Shown piece after piece: positions 7,256 to 13,330 of a stretch of 27,097 bases of DNA. Location of the stretch: IMG/VR virus record IMGVR_UViG_3300021963_000024; one strand, given 5' to 3'. Made by a program: the position numbers and the translations under genes. The DNA is from a virus. Its lineage: Duplodnaviria; Heunggongvirae; Uroviricota; Caudoviricetes. How positions within the stretch are numbered: the first letter of the stretch is position 1; each line of letters opens with the position of its first letter. Under the pieces are notes generated by a model. It was not told where the DNA came from. It searched no databases and was given only the letters and a program-made list of their open reading frames with translations.

Positions 7256-7330
7256 TGGTGTGACCGAAGAGAATCGAACTCTTACATAAAGTGCCACAAA
7301 CTTTCGCCCTACCATTAGGCTACGGCCACC
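7256..7330 (-). tRNA. trnH: tRNA-His(GTG), G-1 and CCA encoded, A73
   Basis: AAAGT-TTGTGGC-ACTTT; 3' end CGGTCAC-A-CCA. Confidence 0.93.
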
Positions 7331-7336
7331 ATGTTG

Positions 7337-7405
7337 TTGCGGGACCAGGAATCGAACCTGAATATCTGGCTTATGAGACCAAACGGGTTACCTAACCTTC
7401 CCACA
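7337..7405 (-). tRNA. trnM: tRNA-Met(CAT)-like with shrunken D-loop (69 nt)
   Basis: TTGGT-CTCATAA-GCCAG; acceptor TGTGGGA/TCCCGCA; D-arm only GGTT-AGGT-AACC. Confidence 0.75.
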
Positions 7406-7414
7406 ATATAGTTG

Positions 7415-7487
7415 AGGCGGATGTAGGATTCAAACCTACCTAAAAGCTTTTGCAGAGCTTCACCTCACTTCCCTCGGCCAATCCGCC
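7415..7487 (-). tRNA. trnC: tRNA-Cys(GCA)
   Basis: AAGCT-CTGCAAA-AGCTT, U73; T-loop TTTGAAT. Confidence 0.88.
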
Positions 7488-7496
7488 TCAACTATT

Positions 7497-8021
7497 TTAT
7501 CTATTTAGTTTGATGATACATTCATCAATCTTATCTCTTAATCTACCACCTACTCCAAAATCACCATCAACCTGAACATGTCTCCATTGTGGAACTTTCA
7601 TCCATTTGAATTGTTTATTCAACTGCATATCATCAATTGAAATCCAATTACTAATTTTATTATCCTTTACCCACTTTTTGATTTCAGCTGCTCTCTCCCA
7701 CTCAATTGCAGGTCTACTCAACTTCATCCATAGGTCCTGATGTGTAGTTATATCAATCAAATTGTGTCCTGCAATTCCGTAGTATTCAAATATTCTTTTC
7801 ATTTGTAAGAAACTAAAATGTTTTCTCCAATCTGAACTTAATACCATCTTTGCATTACTCTCATCCAAAATCTTTTTAAGAGCCTGACAATCTTCTTCAA
7901 CCCAAGCGTATGGTATTTTAAATGTTGATGATGAACCTAAACTCATTTCAACTCTACCATCACCCCACGTTCCCCACGCCAACGGGCCATCTACATCTAT
8001 GAATATTATCTTACGTCTCAT
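7497..8021 (-). CDS. HAD phosphatase (Swiss-Army-Knife RNA-repair HAD type)
   Basis: IFIDVDGPL, LSSDWR, ISIDD. Confidence 0.85.
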   Translation of the reverse strand: MRRKIIFIDVDGPLAWGTWGDGRVEMSLGSSSTFKIPYAWVEEDCQALKKILDESNAKMVLSSDWRKHFSFLQMKRIFEYYGIAGHNLIDITTHQDLWMKLSRPAIEWERAAEIKKWVKDNKISNWISIDDMQLNKQFKWMKVPQWRHVQVDGDFGVGGRLRDKIDECIIKLNR

Positions 8022-8281
8022 AACTTTAATTTTTTAACTATTTCATTCCACTCTTGTCTTTCAATCTTATCTGCGTTATATAATTCAAACTCATCTCTAT
8101 CTTTGTCATTACGAATTACAATTATATGATACTCATTATTCATATCGGATTTGTATATCGTTTCACAAGTTTGTCTCGCATCTTCATCACTCATTGAATT
8201 ACTAAACCTCATTACGAATATTGGTTTGGGTTTAATTTGTGTTACCGATGGAGTGGAATTATTTGGTATTAAATGTGCCAT
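8018..8281 (-). CDS. Hypothetical phage protein
   Basis: 87 aa with 4-nt overlap to the HAD gene. Confidence 0.7.
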   Translation of the reverse strand: MAHLIPNNSTPSVTQIKPKPIFVMRFSNSMSDEDARQTCETIYKSDMNNEYHIIVIRNDKDRDEFELYNADKIERQEWNEIVKKLKL

Positions 8282-8284
8282 ATC

Positions 8285-8620
8285 TTATTTTCCACTTTTA
8301 TTCCTAATCCAATTATACATAAAATCAGGATCATTTTTTATTTCATTTTCTTTTTCAAATTTCTGAATTATTAACATTGCATCGGTTACATCTTCTGGTC
8401 TTAAATAACCAACAACATCACCTTTAGCAATTGGATTATCATAATGAATATGACCATCTTTGAATACTGCTAATTCGTATAATCCTTTATCACCACCATA
8501 TGTATATGGACTTTTCACTACACTCACTCCATACCCATTATCAAAATCCATACGAGCTTGAACTCCACCCAACATATGAGTTGGATGTGCATTAAATTCC
8601 AAATCTTTAAATGTTTTCAT
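8285..8620 (-). CDS. Hypothetical phage protein
   Basis: 111 aa, FDNGYGVSVV...GLYELAV, tightly packed with neighbours. Confidence 0.75.
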   Translation of the reverse strand: MKTFKDLEFNAHPTHMLGGVQARMDFDNGYGVSVVKSPYTYGGDKGLYELAVFKDGHIHYDNPIAKGDVVGYLRPEDVTDAMLIIQKFEKENEIKNDPDFMYNWIRNKSGK

Positions 8621-8635
8621 ATCATTTTGTTTTAG

Positions 8636-8708
8636 TAGCTCCTAAAGGATTCGAACCCTTACTCTAACATCCGTAGTGTTATGTGCTAATCCATTACACC
8701 AAAGAGCC
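8636..8708 (-). tRNA. trnR: tRNA-Arg(ACG)
   Basis: TAACA-CTACGGA-TGTTA. Confidence 0.95.
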
Positions 8709-8713
8709 AATTG

Positions 8714-8784
8714 CACCCACACCAAGATTCGAACTCGGAACAGCGGTTTTGGAGACCGTTATGATACCATTTCACCATGCGGAT
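8714..8784 (-). tRNA. trnW: tRNA-Trp(CCA)
   Basis: CGGT-CTCCAAA-ACCG, G73. Confidence 0.92.
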
Positions 8785-8789
8785 GTATG

Positions 8790-8863
8790 TTGGAATAGTG
8801 GGACTCGAACCTACAACCTTTCGCGTATCAGGCGAATGCTCTAACCAATTGAGCTATATTCCA
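8790..8863 (-). tRNA. trnI: tRNA-Ile(GAT)
   Basis: TTCGC-CTGATAC-GCGAA. Confidence 0.96.
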
Positions 8864-8911
8864 ATTTTGCACTTCCTATTTTCACGCATTGTCTAGTGCG
8901 AACCATATCTG

Positions 8912-8987
8912 TCGGAATAGCAGGATTCGAACCTGCGTGCTCTTCGTCCCAAACGAAGCGAGATAGACCGGACTCCTCTATATTCCG
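8912..8987 (-). tRNA. trnP: tRNA-Pro(TGG)
   Basis: CTTCG-TTTGGGA-CGAAG; C1-G72. Confidence 0.96.
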
Positions 8988-8997
8988 TTATTCAAAG

Positions 8998-9071
8998 TGA
9001 CCCCTTTGAGACTCGAACTCAAAACCCCTACATTAAAAGTGTAGTGCTCTAACCAATTGAGCTAAGAAGTC
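8998..9071 (-). tRNA. trnK: tRNA-Lys(TTT)
   Basis: CTACA-CTTTTAA-TGTAG. Confidence 0.96.
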
Positions 9072-9077
9072 ATTTTG

Positions 9078-9150
9078 TGGTGATAAACAGACTTGAACTG
9101 CTGACACCCGCATCTTCAGTGCGGTGCTCTACCAACTGAGCTACATCACC
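9078..9150 (-). tRNA. trnF: tRNA-Phe(GAA)
   Basis: CCGCA-CTGAAGA-TGCGG. Confidence 0.95.
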
Positions 9151-9159
9151 TATTGTTTG

Positions 9160-9241
9160 TTGGGGTAGACGGACTCGAACCGCCGAACTCAAATGAGAGC
9201 TGATTTACAGTCAGCCGCAATTGCCACTATGCGATACCCCA
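9160..9241 (-). tRNA. trnY: tRNA-Tyr(GTA)
   Basis: GCTGA-CTGTAAA-TCAGC, variable arm. Confidence 0.96.
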
Positions 9242-9246
9242 GTTTG

Positions 9247-9321
9247 TGGGAAATACTGGATTCGAACCAATGACCCTCTCGGTGTAAACGAGATGCTCTA
9301 AACCAACTGAGCTAATTTCCC
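9247..9321 (-). tRNA. trnV: tRNA-Val(TAC)
   Basis: TCTCG-TTTACAC-CGAGA. Confidence 0.96.
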
Positions 9322-9325
9322 TATT

Positions 9326-9400
9326 TGGCGGGGATAAAAGGATTCGAACCTATGACCTAGTCATTAACAGTGACCCGCTCTACCGCTGAGCTATATCCCC
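9326..9400 (-). tRNA. trnN: tRNA-Asn(GTT), CCA encoded
   Basis: GGTCA-CTGTTAA-TGACT, G73-CCA. Confidence 0.96.
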
Positions 9401-9437
9401 AAAACAAAAAACCCCTAACTTTGTGAGTTAGAGGTTT
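9401..9437 (-). terminator. Intrinsic terminator (putative attenuator) abutting tRNA-Asn
   Basis: AAACCTCTAACT-CACAA-AGTTAGGGGTTT then TTTGTTTT and tRNA G1. Confidence 0.85.
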
Positions 9438-9464
9438 CAAATATTGTTCTAAAATTTTTACATT

Positions 9465-9623
9465 TTATCCTACATCAGTGTCCTCTAACATCTTGCTAAT
9501 ATAATCCACCTTGCCTAAATTAAGCGTTGCCGGATTTGATATAGCATTAAACATACTAATCCCCTGCCACTCATTTCTCAATGATTGGTTAGAACAATTT
9601 GTATGTAATGTTAAAGTTTTCAT
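9465..9623 (-). CDS. Putative 52-aa leader peptide of the tRNA-array attenuator
   Basis: MKTLTLHTNCSNQSLRNEWQGISMFNAISNPATLNLGKVDYISKMLEDTDVG after an AT-rich initiation region; contains GTTAGAGG complementary to the terminator 5' arm. Confidence 0.6.
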   Translation of the reverse strand: MKTLTLHTNCSNQSLRNEWQGISMFNAISNPATLNLGKVDYISKMLEDTDVG

Positions 9624-9739
9624 CTCTAATATATATAATATTTTTTTAAATAAAAGTAATTCGATTTCAAAATACGCCACGTCAAGTCATGCTCCGGTTA
9701 ATACTAGCCTCATCAAATTACCATTTAGCCTTTAATAAA

Positions 9740-9950
9740 GAGAGTAATAAGGGGAACGAATACTCTCAATGTAGCGGCCTACTACTTTTATTCGGTAATC
9801 ATATCGTGTTAGATTACGTTTGTTTATAGTAAAAAACTTCCCCCACAAAAACTGACAGTCTTACAACTTTTAGGTTTGATATTTAAAGTCCTAACCTACT
9901 TGTCCACTCACCTGCCAGAACAACATTGGAAAAAGACTACGAAAATCGTA
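9740..9950 (-). ncRNA. Cassette of small hairpins, unknown RNA(s)
   Basis: GAGAGTA/TACTCTC, GTAATC/GATTAC, TAGGTT/AACCTA, ATTACGA/TCGTAGT. Confidence 0.35.
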
Positions 9951-9952
9951 AT

Positions 9953-10048
9953 TGAGCGGGGCCATAGAATCGAACTACATCTTCCCCCCTGGAAGAGGGG
10001 TGTGCTAACCCGTGGGCGAACCCGCGTGGACCATTACACTAACTCCGC
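9953..10048 (-). tRNA. tRNA-Gly(TCC)-like with UUCG hairpin inserted in the D-loop
   Basis: Acceptor GCGGAGT/GCCCCGC with one A-C mismatch; CCCCT-CTTCCAG-GGGGG; D-loop AATGGT-[CCACGCGGG-TTCG-CCCACGGG]-TTA. Confidence 0.75.
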
Positions 10049-10054
10049 TTATAA

Positions 10055-10915
10055 AATGCTGAGATTACACATTTGGGAAGAACGTCCTTTAGAAAGATTA
10101 TTTTTTTCCTTTCTTATCCACACCCTTTTGAGATGTATCCGTTCAGTGTCGGTTAGTAATGCTAACCACTCATTGAGTTACTGACTACTCTCTCATTACT
10201 CTATTTCTTCTACCCTGCCGAGCAAATTCATTCTTGCGGAACTAGAAACTTTTCGTAAGAATCACAGACCACTTGCGGTGGTATCGTGGCAATGGACAAC
10301 CCATTACTATGTAGACACCTTTCGTCCGTAACTGGCAAGCACTTAAGCTTAAAATTGATTTATAGTTTGCACCTAAAGCAAATTTGAGTTTGGTTTGTAG
10401 ATTGTTCAGGTAGTGGCTTGCCAACCAGCTCCCCCATCTTTTGAACGAGAGAATACTAAACTACCCAATGTGTTATCGTCAACACCATTTTTTAAGTCAT
10501 CTTCATTAATAGGGATTGGTGTCCCACATTAAAGGTTAATAACAACACCACTTGTACATTAACATACCTTACGTCCTTTCGGATAGCTTGGTTTTAAGAC
10601 CACTTTGAAATTGAATACCGCAATGATATATAGTGATTAGCCACATACTTCTTACTGATATTCTATGGGTTATTCTTATTGTTCTTCCGAACTCAACTAG
10701 AGATTCTACATATCCCCAGTCACCCAAACCCTTCCGATATAGTGTTACCCTTTCGTACAAGGCTCAGATGATATCCCACTTGCCTACTCAAGCACCATTG
10801 CTGATGCCGCAAGAATACTAAACCAAGCATTCTCACTTTATCCTACTTTCGTAGTTTATTTAACCACCATAGGCGGCGGTTGTTTACTATGTAGGACGAG
10901 CCTACTATGTAAAAT
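10055..10915 (-). ncRNA. Giant structured RNA, probably GOLLD; ends approximate
   Basis: ~850 nt without credible ORF, GC above the flanks, many hairpins with GNRA loops (CTAC-GAAA-GTAG, GCATCA-GCAA-TGGTGC, TCC-GAAA-GGA), long-range complements; beside phage tRNAs as known for GOLLD. Confidence 0.65.
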
Positions 10916-10927
10916 ATTTTCAATCTT

Positions 10928-10937
10928 TTAAAGAACT
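10928..10937 (-). promoter_or_regulatory. boxA-like antitermination element
   Basis: AGTTCTTTAA just before the giant RNA, preceded by an ATTGGGG/CCCCGAT hairpin. Confidence 0.5.
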
Positions 10938-10994
10938 AATCGGGGAATCTTTACAACTTACATTAGTAAGAATATTTACAACCCCAATGTTTAA

Positions 10995-11026
10995 TAAATA
11001 TAGTAAAAAAAAATTAATCTACCAAA
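10995..11026 (-). promoter_or_regulatory. Bacteroidetes-type promoter for the giant RNA unit
   Basis: TTTG-N20-TATATTTA. Confidence 0.75.
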
Positions 11027-11103
11027 TTTATTTATTTTTTATTCAAAATCAACTACCCGAGTATCTTTCATCGCCTATAAGGTCATATATCATTTGAACA
11101 TTG

Positions 11104-11135
11104 TAAATATAAGGAAAGTTTTTTAAACTACCAAA
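11104..11135 (-). promoter_or_regulatory. Bacteroidetes-type promoter
   Basis: TTTG-N20-TATATTTA; near copy of 11353-11384. Confidence 0.75.
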
Positions 11136-11225
11136 TATTTTTTAAAATAAGTTATTAAGGTATCCGGCTTTATTTTTTTCACATAGTCGGTTTTATTACT
11201 ATTGGCTTCAACCTTAATTACTTTG

Positions 11226-11298
11226 TTGCGGGGGATGGATTCGAACCACCGACCTTTAGGTTATGAGCCTAACGAGCTACCGCTGCTACTACCCCACG
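11226..11298 (-). tRNA. trnM: Initiator tRNA-fMet(CAT)
   Basis: C1-A72 mismatch; TTAGG-CTCATAA-CCTAA (two rather than three G-C pairs). Confidence 0.9.
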
Positions 11299-11352
11299 AT
11301 ATAATAATATAAATAAAGAACTAAACTAAATATGTTTTTCACATTTGAATAT

Positions 11353-11384
11353 CAAATATACGAAAAGTTTTTTAAACTACCAAA
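11353..11384 (-). promoter_or_regulatory. Consensus Bacteroidetes promoter for tRNA-fMet
   Basis: TTTG-N20-TATATTTG; AGTTCTTT at 11315-11322 downstream. Confidence 0.85.
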
Positions 11385-11497
11385 TATTTTTTAAAAAATG
11401 TGGATAACTTTCTTAAGTCATTGAAAATCAATAAGTTATAACTCATTGATAATCAACGCCTTATTGACAATCAATACTTTACATATTAGCGTTTTTG

Positions 11498-11867
11498 TGG
11501 AGATGACGGGAGTCGAACCCGTGTCTTACCGAGTAATCATAATACCAACGTCTCACAAGTTTATTCAGTTATTCACAACTGACAAATATATGAGTTTTTA
11601 CATTTTATCATAATCAATGTTTTGACTCGATTTTGGGTTCAGTCAATTTTCCACCTTTATAGATACTTCTGTTCCTAGGTTATATGTATTCCGACCCGAG
11701 TAGGATTAGGCTGCTACAGCGTAATCCATACCTACGAATGCCATAAGGTCATCGTAAGTCATTGTTGACTTTTCGTCATTTATTGTTTCGATACGATATT
11801 AAGAGATAGTATCATTTCTCTACTTGTGATATTATCATTCGCATGGCAATCAATACCAAACATCCCC
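11498..11867 (-). ncRNA. ssrA: tmRNA; predicted tag (A)DEKSTMTYDDLMAFVGMDYAVAA at 11706-11777
   Basis: 5' GGGGATG pairs with 3' CATCTCC-A (G3:U70); T-arm GGTTCGACTCC; resume context ATAAAT-GAC; tag ends in AA-stop. Confidence 0.95.
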
Positions 11868-11908
11868 ATATTTTAAAGAACTAAAATCAGTATTACCGAT
11901 TTGAATAT

Positions 11909-11940
11909 CAAATATACGAAGAATTTTTGAAATCGCCAAA
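11909..11940 (-). promoter_or_regulatory. Consensus Bacteroidetes promoter for tmRNA
   Basis: TTTG-N20-TATATTTG; AGTTCTTTAA at 11873-11882 downstream. Confidence 0.85.
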
Positions 11941-11999
11941 TTTATTTATAACTCATTGATTATCAACAAATTATAAATAGAATAAATTTAGATGTGAAA

Positions 12000-12179
12000 T
12001 TATTCAGCCGTTAAAGGAACACGAATATATTTTGCAGTATCGCCTGACTCATTCGGTTCTTCGAAATATTCTTGATTTTCATTCAACCATGCAGTAGCTT
12101 GTTCATCTGTCATAGATTCGCAACCTTCTACAGGAGTTTCATTTCCAGAAAATGTTATTTTGTATAATATTTCTTCCAT
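12000..12179 (-). CDS. Small acidic hypothetical protein (59 aa, not in ORF track)
   Basis: MEEILYKITFSGNETPVEGCESMTDEQATAWLNENQEYFEEPNESGDTAKYIRVPLTAE; TATATTTATA upstream. Confidence 0.65.
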   Translation of the reverse strand: MEEILYKITFSGNETPVEGCESMTDEQATAWLNENQEYFEEPNESGDTAKYIRVPLTAE

Positions 12180-12220
12180 TTTAATTGTTTTAATTATTAC
12201 CTATATAAATATAAGTTTTT

Positions 12221-12880
12221 TTAAATAGACGTATCGTAGTTCCAATTTTCATCCGAAGGTCGCCATTTTCCGTAATCTTCACATGACCATATCTTTGTAG
12301 AATGTCTAAAATAAGGTATCTCATTTATATCAGCAGTTCTACTTGGTTGATAAAATTTAGTTCTATTATTTGGTTGTGCACAAAATTGACCGTTTTCTAA
12401 CTTCGATATATTATAACACTTATGTTCGTTTGGTGTTTCACTCCACCCACAATCTATTTCATTTGGGTCAGAATGTGTTGTATCAATTGTAAAGAGATAA
12501 TCACCACCGACAACGGTATGGTCTTTCATTGTGGTATAGGTTTTAACACCCCTTAAAACCCTTTTTTCGATAACCGATATATTGTATGATAAACAATCCC
12601 AAAGTTGTAGAAAATCCAAAGGAAACACCCTATCATTTGCGTCCAGAGGTCTCCAACGAAATGCATGAATAGGTAGTTTATCATATACCGCGCCGAATTT
12701 ATCAATGTGGGTTTCAAATAAGAGTGCACGATTAGGAATTGATTTAACACTTACCCAATGCCCTTTTTCCCATTCCCCTTCTCCCAATAGGTTTCCTTTC
12801 TCATCTTTTTGAAAATCGTATAGAAATCGTTTATCTATGAGCACTTCGATTGGTGGTATGTTCGCAACTAAATAACTCAT
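12221..12880 (-). CDS. Hypothetical phage protein; likely start MSYLVANIPP at 12880
   Basis: Start at 12880 removes the overlap with the upstream gene. Confidence 0.8.
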   Translation of the reverse strand: MSYLVANIPPIEVLIDKRFLYDFQKDEKGNLLGEGEWEKGHWVSVKSIPNRALLFETHIDKFGAVYDKLPIHAFRWRPLDANDRVFPLDFLQLWDCLSYNISVIEKRVLRGVKTYTTMKDHTVVGGDYLFTIDTTHSDPNEIDCGWSETPNEHKCYNISKLENGQFCAQPNNRTKFYQPSRTADINEIPYFRHSTKIWSCEDYGKWRPSDENWNYDTSI

Positions 12881-12900
12881 GCTATCAAAAATTTTTGGGT

Positions 12901-13314
12901 TTACGACGTGGTTACCCCAGCCCCTTCCCATTTTCCGGATACAATAGAATCAAAATCATCACCATTTCTATCTAACATTATCCAATTTGCTGATTCTAAT
13001 CCAAACCAATTATCTAATTCTTCTAATACTTCTTCTGCTGTAAATTCCGAACAACTATATAAATCAAATTGGAACATTGCAGGTCTTTCCGCATCCCAAA
13101 CGTGAATACTAGCATGCGATGTTGCTAATGTCACCGTTCCTGTTATTCCTTCATTACCCGGTTCATTAACATAAACGGATGTTGGTCCGGCAACTACTAC
13201 CATTCTTACTTTCTCTACTAATTTCTTAAAAAATTCATTCAAATGAGCTTCTTCTTTTGGTGGGGTGCTCATATATCCCTTCACTAATAAGTGTAAATGA
13301 TTTGGTTTAAACAC
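12901..13314 (-). CDS. speD: Pyruvoyl-dependent S-adenosylmethionine decarboxylase-like proenzyme
   Basis: HLHLLV N-terminus, GITGTVTLATSHASIHVW, FDLYSC; GTG start. Confidence 0.8.
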   Translation of the reverse strand: MFKPNHLHLLVKGYMSTPPKEEAHLNEFFKKLVEKVRMVVVAGPTSVYVNEPGNEGITGTVTLATSHASIHVWDAERPAMFQFDLYSCSEFTAEEVLEELDNWFGLESANWIMLDRNGDDFDSIVSGKWEGAGVTTS

Positions 13315-13330
13315 TACTTAAATTTTTGTT

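Larger units (their letters stand above)
11345..11966. repeat. Six TTGA-N3-TCAA palindromes and duplicated promoter modules
   Basis: Copies at 11345, 11421, 11446, 11464, 11901, 11956; 22-bp identity 11343-11364/11899-11920; 19/20 identity 11438-11457/11948-11967. Confidence 0.8.

Noticed and set aside
9690-9715. Hammerhead-like TTGATGAG on the - strand
   Set aside because: Lacks the core C of CUGAUGA and has no correctly placed stem II-GAAA
10114-10122. Perfect DnaA box TTATCCACA
   Set aside because: Isolated and inside the giant RNA; likely coincidental
9876-10821. ORF-track calls inside the giant RNA region
   Set aside because: Short, on both strands, no protein motifs; the region is better explained by RNA structure
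11100-11970. CRISPR array or att site from the repeated AT-rich segments
   Set aside because: Repeats are promoter modules with irregular spacing; no cas or integrase gene in the window
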